DNA of 32,000 nt. Source: Thermococcus kodakarensis KOD1 (GTDB lineage: Archaea; Methanobacteriota_B; Thermococci; Thermococcales; Thermococcaceae). Position 1 is the stretch's first letter. The number at the start of each line of letters is the position of its first letter. The stretch is taken from the NCBI RefSeq assembly GCF_000009965.1, contig NC_006624.1:2010001-2042000 (forward strand). Reading direction: 5' to 3'. Below, one piece after another: positions 1 to 10,516 of this stretch. The notes beneath the pieces are model-generated. The model did not search any database. It was given only the letters and a program-made list of their open reading frames with translations, and was not told where the DNA came from. A program made the position numbers and the translations under genes.

Positions 1-61
1 AAGTGAATTGTATTGCGAAAAATATAAAAACCCACTTTTCTTATATTTTCTGTGATATAAA

Positions 62-1378
62 ATGCTGAGCCGGGAAGAGCTTATTGAGGTGCTTGCCCCC
101 TACAACTTTTGGGGTAGAGAGCAGGATACTGGCATCACGAGAGGAGATTATCTTAAAGATATAAGACGGAAGCTCTCCACGGGGAACGCCCTGGCTCTCG
201 TGGGGGTTAGGAGGGCGGGCAAGACCACGTTAGCCCGTCAGTACCTGAGATTCCTAATAGAGAAGGGTCTTCCGCCGGAGGAGACGCTCTACGTTAACCT
301 TGAGGAGCCTAGGTTCTATCCAGACCTGAGCCTGGAGCTTCTGGAAGAGATCTTCTCGGCGTTTAAAACCTACATCTCAAGGGGAGCTAGACCCGTGGTG
401 GTTCTCGACGAGGTCCAGAACGTCGAGGGCTGGGAGCGGTGGGTCAGGAAGGTTCTGGATTTGGGTGAAGCCGAGGTCATAGTAACCGGGTCGAGCTCCT
501 CCCTCCTCCGCTCCGAGCTTGCGACCCTCTTAACCGGACGCGTTTTAGTAACAGAGGTTTACCCCCTCTCATTCAGAGAGTTTCTCTCCTTCAAGGGGCT
601 CCCCATTGAACTTCCTGCCCTTCTCGGAAGGAGGGGGGAGGTTGAGAGGGCCTTAAGGGAGTACCTTGAGTTCGGCGGGTTCCCGCAGGTCGTCCTAACC
701 GATGACGAGGGATTGAAGAGGGAGCTTTTGAGGGAACTGTTCGAGGGAATAATCCTTAGGGACGTTGCCTACCGCCACGGCTTCAGGGACGCGAGGCTCG
801 TCAAACTCGTCGCCGAGCTGGCCTTAAGCCGGTTCTCCTCTCTAGTGAGCGCATCAAGGCTGAGGAACGAAGTCTCGGGGATAGTTGGGAGAAAGGTCTC
901 GCCAAACCTTGTAGATTCCGTCCTCGACGCAATGGAGGAGGCTTACCTTATCCACAGGGTTCCGATCCTCTCGCCAAAGGTGAAGGACGTGAGGAGGTAT
1001 CCGAAGAAGCTCTATGCGGTTGACACCGGGCTGGCCAACGTCATGATAACGCGGTTCACAGAGAACATAGGGAGATTGGCGGAAAATGCGGTGGCGAGGC
1101 ACCTCGTGCAGAGGCACGGGAGGGAGAACGTCTTCTACTACAGGAACGGCCACGAGGTTGACTTCGTGGTGAGAGAGAATCTAAAGATATCGAGGCTCGT
1201 TCAGGTGAGCTGGGACGTTGACGAGAGCTGGGAGCGGGAGGTGGAGGGCCTTGTCGAAGCGGCGAAGCACTTTGGCTTAAGCGAAGGGATCCTGGTAACG
1301 GGCTGGAAGTCCTGCGAGGAGAGGGTGAAGGGGATAAACGTCAGATGCCTCCCCCTGTGGAGGTTCCTGCTCTCTTGA
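62..1378 (+). CDS. Uncharacterised AAA+/P-loop ATPase, COG1373-like (AAA_14 + DUF4143-type C-terminal nuclease-like module)
   Basis: 438-aa ORF with ATG at 62. AT-rich TATA-like sequence AAAATATAAAAA lies at 18-30. Walker A GVRRAGKTT (nt 203-229) and Walker B VVVLDEVQ are present. The C-terminal GHEVDFVV...LVQVSWD resembles a restriction-endonuclease-like (D/E)xK core with K replaced by S. Family name is from memory of archaeal paralogous ATPase families. Confidence 0.8.
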   Translation: MLSREELIEVLAPYNFWGREQDTGITRGDYLKDIRRKLSTGNALALVGVRRAGKTTLARQYLRFLIEKGLPPEETLYVNLEEPRFYPDLSLELLEEIFSAFKTYISRGARPVVVLDEVQNVEGWERWVRKVLDLGEAEVIVTGSSSSLLRSELATLLTGRVLVTEVYPLSFREFLSFKGLPIELPALLGRRGEVERALREYLEFGGFPQVVLTDDEGLKRELLRELFEGIILRDVAYRHGFRDARLVKLVAELALSRFSSLVSASRLRNEVSGIVGRKVSPNLVDSVLDAMEEAYLIHRVPILSPKVKDVRRYPKKLYAVDTGLANVMITRFTENIGRLAENAVARHLVQRHGRENVFYYRNGHEVDFVVRENLKISRLVQVSWDVDESWEREVEGLVEAAKHFGLSEGILVTGWKSCEERVKGINVRCLPLWRFLLS

Positions 1379-1379
1379 T

Positions 1380-1679
1380 GTGGATCCTTTACTCCCCACT
1401 TCCCCTCTCGGTGAAAAAGGGCCATCTCAGGCCCTCATGGAACTGAGGGCTCAAGATGCTTCGCTCATACCCCATGACAACCCTGTCTACGAGCTGGCGA
1501 TGGAAGAGGTTAGCATAGCCGAGGCCCTGAAGCTGGCGAGGGATATGCTCGAAAACCCTGAGAAGTACGGGATAAAAGAGAAGGATGAACGCAGAAGAGG
1601 GGAGAAAGCCGCCGAGATGCTGAGGAAGACGATGGAAGAGGGAAAGGTCGTCGGGTTCTTCCACAAGGAAAGGGCCTAA
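1380..1679 (+). CDS. Small hypothetical protein (80-99 aa), charged and helical
   Basis: A GTG at 1380 lies 1 nt after the upstream stop, with GGAGGT at 1359-1364. An alternative ATG is at 1437. Codon usage (AGG, ATA, GAG, AAG) matches neighbouring genes. No recognisable domain. The stop (1677-1679) overlaps the stop of the convergent ATPase gene. Confidence 0.5.
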   Translation: MDPLLPTSPLGEKGPSQALMELRAQDASLIPHDNPVYELAMEEVSIAEALKLARDMLENPEKYGIKEKDERRRGEKAAEMLRKTMEEGKVVGFFHKERA

Positions 1680-2932
1680 ATACTCCTCTCCATCCCTTCT
1701 TTCGCAATCTCAACCAGATCCTCGGGCGTTAGGACTTCAACGCCCTCAGGCTTCCTTTCGAGAACGTTTTCGTCTGGAACCACCAAAATCCTCCTGCAGT
1801 CAAAGCGGTTGAGTTTCTCCTCTATTCTCCTCACTTCCTCCCTCTTAACTCTCTCCTTCCACTTGACCTCTCCAACCACTTCGAGCTTCTTGAAGCCCTG
1901 AAGAGCTATGTCAAGCTCCAAATCGGGCATTTCAATCCTCACAGGCCTCAGGCCGAGGCTCTTGGCCAAAAGCCCTTCAACGAAGGCCTCAACGTGCCTC
2001 GGTAGTTTCCTGTCTATCGCCTTCCTTATGAACTCCACAGGAGTCTCAAGCTCCGTGTAGGCGTATTTTGCCTCAAGGTAGAAGTGAAGGTCGAAGAGGG
2101 GTGACGCGTGCCTGTAAACGAACTTCTTCCTCCTCTTTCCAGTGACCTGGGTTCTCCTAAGTATCCCCATGTCCGTTAGGACTCCAAGGTACCTCTGCAA
2201 GACTCCAGTGTTGTCCTTGCTTATCAGGCTGAGGGAGTAGAGGAACGAAGAAAGCTCCGTGCTCGTTTCCTTTCCATCGGCGATGCCCTTCATTATTGCC
2301 CTGTAAACTTCCGTCAGCTCCCTCTCCTCCTCCGTGAAGGCCTCGCCAACGAGCTCGCCTATCAGCAAACCCGAAGAACTCAGATAGCCGGCCAAGAACT
2401 CCCTCAAAGGCGACCTGTAAAGGGGGACGAGGATAGGCTCCCTGAGGTAGGTAGATGCCTCAATTAGCTCCTTTCCCCTCACTTCTCTGCTCATCTCGGC
2501 TAAAATCTCCCTCTCGTCTATGGGATCTATCCTTATCGGCTGGACTATCCCGAGGAGCGGACTCCCGGTTCCAAGGAGTTTCCTCTTCGCTAGCCAGCGG
2601 GTTGAGGTTATGAGGATGAGCTCCCCGGTTCCAGAGTAGGCGTGGAGGAGGTCGAGGAACCTATCCGGTAGCCTGTGGAACTCGTCCACCACCACCTTAC
2701 CGCCCTTCAGCAGGCGAGGGAAGAGCCTCATGAACTCGCCGTAAGTCATTGTGGAGCCCTCATTTAGGTCCCTAACCATTCCCTCCCGCTCAACGAAGAA
2801 GAACTCGTCGTAGTCGAGGAAATTCCTAACGAGGAAGGTCTTTCCTGTCTTCCGCCTACCGTAGAGCATCTTCCAGCCTTCGCCCTCGAGCCTCGACAGT
2901 TCTATTCTTCTGTGAATTATTCTCATGTGCAT
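1676..2932 (-). CDS. Archaeal ATPase (Arch_ATPase/COG1672-like) with DUF234-type C-terminal module
   Basis: 418-aa ORF (ATG at 2932 or 2926). Walker A GRRKTGKTF and Walker B VVVDEFHRL are present. The C-terminal ELDIAL...VVGEVKWKE matches the D...(D/E)xK pattern of the DUF234-type nuclease-like domain. Family name is from memory. Confidence 0.8.
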   Translation of the reverse strand: MHMRIIHRRIELSRLEGEGWKMLYGRRKTGKTFLVRNFLDYDEFFFVEREGMVRDLNEGSTMTYGEFMRLFPRLLKGGKVVVDEFHRLPDRFLDLLHAYSGTGELILITSTRWLAKRKLLGTGSPLLGIVQPIRIDPIDEREILAEMSREVRGKELIEASTYLREPILVPLYRSPLREFLAGYLSSSGLLIGELVGEAFTEEERELTEVYRAIMKGIADGKETSTELSSFLYSLSLISKDNTGVLQRYLGVLTDMGILRRTQVTGKRRKKFVYRHASPLFDLHFYLEAKYAYTELETPVEFIRKAIDRKLPRHVEAFVEGLLAKSLGLRPVRIEMPDLELDIALQGFKKLEVVGEVKWKERVKREEVRRIEEKLNRFDCRRILVVPDENVLERKPEGVEVLTPEDLVEIAKEGMERSI

Positions 2933-2968
2933 AATTACGGCGTGAATACTTATAAGAATTTTGACCGA

Positions 2969-4901
<1,933 letters not shown>

Positions 4902-4991
4902 TGCTAGCCTCCAAATTTTGTTATCCACGTTATCCCTAAAAACCTTGCCCAACTTTGACTTCTTGTTCTGAATAAAAGCTCTATTAGGGCA

Positions 4992-5924
4992 TCATTTCCA
5001 GTACGGCTCCCTCATAAGAACGGCCCTTTTGAAGATTTCAACTATCTCCTCGTCGCTCGCTCCGTTTCTCATAGCAGAAAGGAAGTCTATGAGGTCGTTG
5101 TTCCTCAACAAGCAAGTTTTAAACTTGCCATCGGAGGTCACCCTCAGTCTCGTGCAGTTGGCGCAGAAGACAGTGTTGTGCATCGCCCTAACGACTTCAA
5201 CCTCTGCTATGCCGTAGTCGGTCGGGATGAAGTACTTCTTCCTCCGGTGCATCCTCCTTTCCTTAGTTTCGACGGCGAGCTTCTCCAGCTTCTCTTCAAC
5301 GGGCTTGAGCGGGTAGAAGTACTTCCTGAAAAATGCCGTCTCGGCCATCTCCCTTGGCGCTTCAAGCTCTATAAGCTGAAGGATGGTTCCAGTCTTAGCC
5401 GCGAATTCCACCATGTCCCAGATTTCACCGTCGTTCAGGCCCTTCATGACGGTCATGTTGAGTTTAACTGGCGAGAGGTATTTCACCGCTTCCTCGATGC
5501 CCTCAAGAACGGCCTCAAGCCCATCAACGCCGGTTATCCTTTTGTAAACCTCCGGCTTTAAGCTGTGAAGCGATACGTTCACCCTGTCGAGGCCTGCTTT
5601 GGCCAGCGGCTTCGCCAGCTCCTTCAGTCTACTCCCGTTAGTAGTCATGCTGAGGTCGATGACGTAGGGCTTTATTCTCTTCACGATTTCAAGTATATCC
5701 TCTCTGACTGTCGGTTCCCCGCCCGTGAGCTTGACCTTTCTTATTCCGAGCCTTGATGCGATTCTAACGAGGCGCTCTATCTCCTCTGGAGTGAGCTCGT
5801 TTTTCGCCAGAAACCTCTGGCCTTCCCGGTGACAGAAGAAGCAACGGTAATTGCACTCCTGCGTGAGCGAAATCCTGAGGTTCGTTACTGGCCTGCCGAA
5901 GCGGTCGTAGAGCACTTCGTCCAC
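4992..5924 (-). CDS. moaA: GTP 3',8-cyclase MoaA (molybdenum cofactor biosynthesis, radical SAM)
   Basis: Radical SAM motif CNYRCFFCH near the N-terminus, a C-terminal auxiliary cluster motif [14 protein letters not shown], and GGEPTVR. GTG start at 5924 (an alternative GTG lies 9 nt downstream). Confidence 0.9.
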   Translation of the reverse strand: MDEVLYDRFGRPVTNLRISLTQECNYRCFFCHREGQRFLAKNELTPEEIERLVRIASRLGIRKVKLTGGEPTVREDILEIVKRIKPYVIDLSMTTNGSRLKELAKPLAKAGLDRVNVSLHSLKPEVYKRITGVDGLEAVLEGIEEAVKYLSPVKLNMTVMKGLNDGEIWDMVEFAAKTGTILQLIELEAPREMAETAFFRKYFYPLKPVEEKLEKLAVETKERRMHRRKKYFIPTDYGIAEVEVVRAMHNTVFCANCTRLRVTSDGKFKTCLLRNNDLIDFLSAMRNGASDEEIVEIFKRAVLMREPYWK

Positions 5925-6049
5925 CCATTTGTATTATGAAGGGGCTTAAAAAAGGATTTCGGTTAAGCGTTTCTGTTTTCCCAAGATTGCCTCCCCTCAA
6001 TGGAAAAGTAAAAGTAGTGGTAGTTGCAACTTAGGATTAGGGGGTGCCG

Positions 6050-6781
6050 ATGGACGTTGATGAACTGAAGGCCAGGCTCGGTGATTTTGAGGGGATGCAT
6101 TCGTCCTTTGAGGAGGTCTTTTCACGGCTCTATGAACCGGAAGAGGAGCCCACGGAGGTTGTGAGGAAGCTTCACTCTTTGTCGGCAAAAAAGCTTGAGT
6201 TAGCCTCTCACCTCTACAAGGAACTATCCGCAATAGGTGGAAGGGTCGAAGATCTCGCTAAGGAACTTTACAAGAACGAGCATCAGATGAAGTTCCGCCT
6301 TGAAGAAGTGATGTCCCTTCTTGGGCGCGACGACTATGAGGGCAGGGCGAGGCTTAAGGCCGCTTTGGACAGGCTGGTTCAGTTCCACAGGCTCTACGAT
6401 TATGCCATCCGGAAGGCCCTGAGTGAGCTTTCTGCCGAGGTTGAAGGTCTGACGCTCCTAGGCGAAAACCAAAAAAAGGTTCCAGTCAGCATACTTGAGG
6501 AGCTTAGAAAAACTAAAGCAATTGAGAGCCAGCTTGAGACCCTCAAGAGGTTCCTTTACAGGCTTTACGTTCACCCCTCGGACGTTCACAGGGTCGAGCA
6601 GGCCCTAAGGGAGTGGCACGCAAAAGGCCTGCTCTGGGTCGAGGCGAGAAACGTTGAGAAGGCCAGCGGAGTGAGAGAGGCTGGCGAGATACTTGAGGGA
6701 CTCGCGCTCATTGGGGTAATCGAGAAAAAGGATAGGGGTGGTGAAAGTGTCTACAGACACAAGGCCTACAGTCAGAATTAG
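6050..6781 (+). CDS. Hypothetical protein: long coiled-coil region plus C-terminal winged-helix-like domain
   Basis: ATG at 6050 is preceded by AGGGGGTG. The sequence is heptad-like and charged for about 180 aa. The C-terminal [40 protein letters not shown] looks like a wHTH. The 3' end overlaps the FAU-1 start by about 35-44 nt. Confidence 0.6.
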   Translation: MDVDELKARLGDFEGMHSSFEEVFSRLYEPEEEPTEVVRKLHSLSAKKLELASHLYKELSAIGGRVEDLAKELYKNEHQMKFRLEEVMSLLGRDDYEGRARLKAALDRLVQFHRLYDYAIRKALSELSAEVEGLTLLGENQKKVPVSILEELRKTKAIESQLETLKRFLYRLYVHPSDVHRVEQALREWHAKGLLWVEARNVEKASGVREAGEILEGLALIGVIEKKDRGGESVYRHKAYSQN

Positions 6782-8162
6782 GGGAATATACAGCACTGCC
6801 CTGACGAAACTCTTCCTCGACAGGGGGTTCGGCATCAGCCAGCCCAGCAACAAGATCGTCGAGCGCTTCGGCCTCGAGAAGACCTACGACGACTTCGACG
6901 TTGACATCTACGATAAGAAGGACAGACACGGGGTTGTGCTCGTTGGGGATGCCGTTGAAGAGGCCAAGAAGGTCCTTGAAGAGGAACTTATTGACGTCTT
7001 TTTTAGAAGGCTCCCGTACCAGCTCTACGGCATATACAAGGGACTTGTTGTGAAAATCGACGAAAAGTACGTTTACGTTGACCTGGGAAGTGCCATTGGT
7101 ACAATCCCAAGGAAGGATCTTCCGAAGGCCGTTGAAGGCGATGAGATACTCGTCCAGGTCAAGAAGCACAACCTCCTTCCACACCTCAGCACCACCCTCA
7201 CGATACCGGGGGACTACGCTGTCCTCATACCGAAGCCCATAGGGGCACAGAGGCACGTTAAGATATCGAGGAAGATAAGGGACAACCAGGAGCGTGAGAG
7301 GCTCAGGATTCTGGGTCTCAGCATAGACCTCGGCAAGTGGGGAGTCCTCTGGAGGACTGCAGCCGCTTACAAGGACTGGAACCTTCTCAGGGACGAGATA
7401 GTGAGGCTCTCCAAGCTCGCCGACAGGCTGGCAAAGGCCGACACGTACTTTGCACCTTCCCTGATAATCGAGGGCAGGAACATATATGAAGTGGAGTTCG
7501 GAGGAGGAGCGAAGAGAAAGCTCGACGAGATAAGGAACAAGGTCGTCCCAACCGTTGATGGCCACCACCAGCTCAAGGCCAAAGACCCGGAGCTTGGCTT
7601 TGCCGTCGAGATAGCCGAGGGAATACTCTCAAAGGTACCTGGCCAGAGGGTCAAGGTTAACCAGGGCTTCTGGGAGGCGCTCGTGGAGAACAAAGGGCCT
7701 AAGAAGGGCTGGCTCTTCACCCTTGAGCACGTCAAGCCCGATGGGCAGAGGATTAGGCTAGGGCCTGGAGAGGTCTTGGAGGTCTCCCACAACCCGCTTA
7801 GGGTCACAATAAAGAGACACCTCAAGCCGGGCAAGTTCTACGACGGCCTTGAGCTTCCGATTGAGTTTGGAGATTATGCCATAACCGAGCTCGAAGCTGG
7901 AAAGTGGTGGTTCGTGCACAGGTATTACGACAAGAACGGCAACCTGAAGGGAGAGTACTACAACATAAACACGCCCGTTGAGATATATCCTGACGGGGCT
8001 CGCTACGTTGACCTCGAAGTTGATATAGTTAAGTGGCCGGACGGCAAGAAGGAGATAATCGATCAGGAGGAGCTCAAGGAGCACTACGAAGAGGGCATCA
8101 TCAGCGAGAAGCTCTACCGCGCCGTGCTCAGGATAACGCAGGAGGTATTTGAGAGGGTTTAA
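6747..8162 (+). CDS. fau-1: Probable ribonuclease FAU-1 (RNase E/G-like, DUF402-containing RNA-binding protein)
   Basis: About 470 aa. The N-terminal [20 protein letters not shown] matches remembered Pyrococcus/Thermococcus FAU-1. The C-terminal region is DUF402-like (YYNINTPVE...VDLEVDIV). GTG at 6747 is preceded by AGGGGTGGTGA. The ORF track starts at 6738. Confidence 0.85.
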   Translation: MSTDTRPTVRIRGIYSTALTKLFLDRGFGISQPSNKIVERFGLEKTYDDFDVDIYDKKDRHGVVLVGDAVEEAKKVLEEELIDVFFRRLPYQLYGIYKGLVVKIDEKYVYVDLGSAIGTIPRKDLPKAVEGDEILVQVKKHNLLPHLSTTLTIPGDYAVLIPKPIGAQRHVKISRKIRDNQERERLRILGLSIDLGKWGVLWRTAAAYKDWNLLRDEIVRLSKLADRLAKADTYFAPSLIIEGRNIYEVEFGGGAKRKLDEIRNKVVPTVDGHHQLKAKDPELGFAVEIAEGILSKVPGQRVKVNQGFWEALVENKGPKKGWLFTLEHVKPDGQRIRLGPGEVLEVSHNPLRVTIKRHLKPGKFYDGLELPIEFGDYAITELEAGKWWFVHRYYDKNGNLKGEYYNINTPVEIYPDGARYVDLEVDIVKWPDGKKEIIDQEELKEHYEEGIISEKLYRAVLRITQEVFERV

Positions 8163-8545
8163 GGCAGGGTCTTGATTTCCAGCTTTTCAGCCTCTTTTTT
8201 CAGCCTTTTATCGTATGTTGCCAGTCTCTTGAAGTCCTCTGCCGTGGCTAGTATTACCATGTCATTGAACCGCTTTGGGTTTCTGGTGAGTTCTAGCGCG
8301 CGTTTCGTGTACTTCCCAGTGTCGCAGATAACCCGCGTCCTTGGGCTGTTTAGGATTGAGGAGATGACGTTATTTATTTCCTCGCTTTTGTACCCTTCTT
8401 CCCTGAAAAACCAGTAGAGCTCGTAGAGGACAATGCTCGGAACTATCCATCTTTCCAGCCCTGCCAGCAGTTTCCTCGCCTCTGCGTTGAACTCTGAGTC
8501 CCGTAGGGTGGCGTATATGAAGACGTTGGTGTCTATTACCGTCAC
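8159..8545 (-). CDS. vapC: PIN-domain toxin VapC (ribonuclease)
   Basis: 128 aa. The N-terminal [10 protein letters not shown] carries the conserved acidic residue, and size and layout are PIN-like. The ATGA start/stop overlap (4 nt) with the upstream antitoxin is typical of VapBC. Confidence 0.85.
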   Translation of the reverse strand: MTVIDTNVFIYATLRDSEFNAEARKLLAGLERWIVPSIVLYELYWFFREEGYKSEEINNVISSILNSPRTRVICDTGKYTKRALELTRNPKRFNDMVILATAEDFKRLATYDKRLKKEAEKLEIKTLP

Positions 8546-8766
8546 TCATCCTCACCCTGGCCCTTTCTTATGGCTTCCTCGATGTCCTCGATCTTCAGTC
8601 CCTTTCCGCCGGGTAGCAGGGGAAGTTCGAGGTCGCTCTTTTTTATCACGGCTTTCCCATCTTCGATCTCGATGACAAGAACGTCCCCCACCTTGATGCC
8701 CAGCTTCTTCCTGATATCGCTTGGGATAGTAATCTGATAGTTCCTAGTTACCTTTGTGATCCCCAT
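8542..8766 (-). CDS. vapB: AbrB/SpoVT-family antitoxin VapB
   Basis: 74 aa. The swapped-hairpin motif YQITIPSDIRKKLGIKVGDVLVIE is present. It overlaps vapC by 4 nt. Confidence 0.8.
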   Translation of the reverse strand: MGITKVTRNYQITIPSDIRKKLGIKVGDVLVIEIEDGKAVIKKSDLELPLLPGGKGLKIEDIEEAIRKGQGEDE

Positions 8767-8832
8767 AGTCTCACCGGATTATAGTAGAAATAAGGGACGT
8801 AAAAACGTTGCGGTGGAAACCTTAGCATCCCT

Positions 8833-9015
8833 TTGCGCTCTAAAGTCTGGAACTACACGATAGGCGGCTACCGCGTCGTCGAGAAGTACCTGAAGGGCAG
8901 GAAGGGAAGGAAGCTCAGCTTAGAAGAGCTTGAGCACGTTTATAAAGTCGTCGAAATCCTCAAGCGGACGATAGAGCTCGTTAGGGAACTGGAGAAGATC
9001 GAGCCTGGGTTCTGA
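8833..9015 (+). pseudogene. Orphan C-terminal remnant of a large Type ISP/IIG-like restriction-modification (DNA methyltransferase) enzyme
   Basis: The translation KVWNYTIGGYRVVEKYLKGRKGRKLSLEELEHVYKVVEILKRTIELVRELEKI matches the remembered conserved tail (W-x-F/Y-x-IGGY-x-V-x-x-KWLKDR...) of such enzymes. An in-frame stop lies at 8800-8802, only 11 codons upstream, and there is no upstream body of the gene. Confidence 0.5.
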
Positions 9016-9035
9016 GCTTTCCTCTTTTCTTATCC

Positions 9036-9092
9036 TAAAAGAAACCAATCGGTGATATTACTGAATTGGTACTATACTCACCAAGTAATATC
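9036..9092 (-). terminator. Hairpin plus oligo-T tract downstream of radB (putative terminator)
   Basis: Inverted repeat GATATTAC/GTAATATC (9054-9061 and 9085-9092) with nested TTGGT/ACCAA. On the minus strand it is followed by TTTCTTTT (9036-9044). It begins 31 nt after the radB stop. Confidence 0.4.
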
Positions 9093-9122
9093 TGCCAACA
9101 AGAAGAACTGTCATCATACCAC

Positions 9123-9785
9123 TCACTCAACGTCCTCTATTCCCCTCTCCGTTATCCTGAAATATGCCATAAGCCCTTCGGGTCTGAAGCGGTGTCTTTC
9201 GAGGACGGCAACCCTTAGCCCTGGCTTCGGCAGCTTATCGAGGCGGAGGATGTCCTTACAGCGGTATCCAAGGGTCTGCTCGGCGACGGGCTTTGTCATC
9301 TCGGTTCTGCTGTCGAAGTGGACCTGGTTGATGACTATTACCGGTATGTTATGCTTCCGGGCTATCCAGAGGAGAACCTGAAGCTGTCTGCTCAGTTCAG
9401 CTATCAGGCCGCTTCTGTTTTCCTCTGCTCTATAGTGAGCGGTTATTGAGTCAACTACGACTAGTGCAAAGTTGCTGTCCACCGTCTTTTTCAGCGAACC
9501 TATAACGCGCCTCTGCTCCTTGAAATCTGAAGGTGTAAACAGAATGAACCTCGAGAGGGCCTCTTCGGGGTTTAGACCTCTCGTCTCAGCCATCTGGACA
9601 AGTCTTTCGGGAGAAAATCCCCCCTCGGTATCGACGTATGCTACCTTTTTCCCACTAAGCAGGCCGGTCTGCAGGGCCAGGGTCGTCTTACCGCTCGCAT
9701 AAGGCCCGTAAACCTGGGTTAAGACCCCGGGAGCGAACCCGCCCCCGAGAAGACTGTCCAGGCTCTTAGTGCCCGTCGAGAGCAT
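9123..9785 (-). CDS. radB: DNA repair and recombination protein RadB (RadA paralogue)
   Basis: 220 aa. Walker A GPYASGKTT and Walker B ALVVVDSI are present. The short RecA-core-only architecture is typical of Thermococcales RadB. Confidence 0.9.
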   Translation of the reverse strand: MLSTGTKSLDSLLGGGFAPGVLTQVYGPYASGKTTLALQTGLLSGKKVAYVDTEGGFSPERLVQMAETRGLNPEEALSRFILFTPSDFKEQRRVIGSLKKTVDSNFALVVVDSITAHYRAEENRSGLIAELSRQLQVLLWIARKHNIPVIVINQVHFDSRTEMTKPVAEQTLGYRCKDILRLDKLPKPGLRVAVLERHRFRPEGLMAYFRITERGIEDVE

Positions 9786-9794
9786 GAAGTTCCC

Positions 9795-10436
9795 TCAAAC
9801 TTCGATCTCTCTGTACAGTTCTGGCTTTATGAAGCGAACCCATATCCTTCTCTTCCTCAGCTCGCTCTCAAGCTTTGAGGGGTCTTCGTCGTTGTAAACT
9901 CCGTAGTGCATGGGTATAACAACCTTGGGTCTGATATCTTCGATTATCTGAGCTGCCTCTCTCTCGTTCGCTGTGGAACGGCCGCTGATAGGAACCAGGA
10001 GAACGTCGATCTTCCCCCTCAGCCTCTGGAAGGCGGGTGTTGAGTACGTGTCCCCAGGGTGGAAAACCGTTTTGTCACCTTCGATTATATAACCGAGAGG
10101 GTACTGGCTTGAAGGATGCTCAACGTAGATTGCAGTAACCTTAACGCCGTTCTCGAGTTCTATAGTCTCTCCGGCGTCAATTTCCCTCGCCTTGGTGACA
10201 CCGTCGGCTACTGCCATGAGGTACACCTGCTTCGGCCCGATGACTGTTGCATCCCTAAGCCTTGAGAGCAGTTCGACCTTCCCATAATGGTCCGTGTGCT
10301 CGTGGGTTATCAGGATGTAGTCCACGTCACCTATCCTGTCGTCGTCAACCTCTGGATACGGGTCTATGAGGAACTTCACTCCCTTCGTCTCTATCCAGAA
10401 GCAGGAATGACCGTACCATATGATCTTCATCGGCAT
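9795..10436 (-). CDS. Metallo-beta-lactamase-fold metal-dependent hydrolase (UPF0173-like)
   Basis: 213 aa. The HxHxDH motif is HEHTDH, and further His/Asp ligands are in VEHPS and PMHYG. Confidence 0.85.
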   Translation of the reverse strand: MPMKIIWYGHSCFWIETKGVKFLIDPYPEVDDDRIGDVDYILITHEHTDHYGKVELLSRLRDATVIGPKQVYLMAVADGVTKAREIDAGETIELENGVKVTAIYVEHPSSQYPLGYIIEGDKTVFHPGDTYSTPAFQRLRGKIDVLLVPISGRSTANEREAAQIIEDIRPKVVIPMHYGVYNDEDPSKLESELRKRRIWVRFIKPELYREIEV

Positions 10437-10516
10437 GACCTCCTCGGGAAGTTTCGGTGGGGTTAACTTAAAGTTTTCTCGGCGTTGGCTTTATTAAGGG
10501 TTGTGGGTAGTTCACC

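Noticed and set aside
52-57. GTGATA half-sites (52-57 and 9052-9057) reminiscent of the Thermococcales glycolytic motif TATCAC-N5-GTGATA
   Set aside because: Only half-sites are present. The required upstream TATCAC at 5-nt spacing is absent in both cases.
6708-7568. 286-aa ORF antisense to fau-1. Similar long antisense ORFs lie at 18244-18903, 21374-21895, 23476-23865, 26522-27526 and 26602-27279.
   Set aside because: Each is the mirror frame of a gene with strong family signatures. The translations are L/V/P/R/S-rich, lack motifs and lack RBS or promoter context. They are classic shadow ORFs produced by codon bias.
8813-8820. GTGGAAAC, resembling the core of archaeal mini-ORB origin-recognition boxes, near radB (radB is origin-linked in Pyrococcus)
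   Set aside because: It is a single 8-mer with no repeated or inverted ORB copies, no AT-rich unwinding element and no orc1/cdc6 gene. One chance occurrence is expected in 64 kb of two-strand sequence.
9054-9122. Possible C/D box sRNA downstream of radB (minus-strand ATGATGA at 9112-9118)
   Set aside because: No CUGA D box occurs on that strand within 80 nt, and the candidate D' (CAGA) and C' (TGAGTA) are degenerate and wrongly spaced (16 nt rather than about 12). A hairpin plus T-tract terminator explains the region better.
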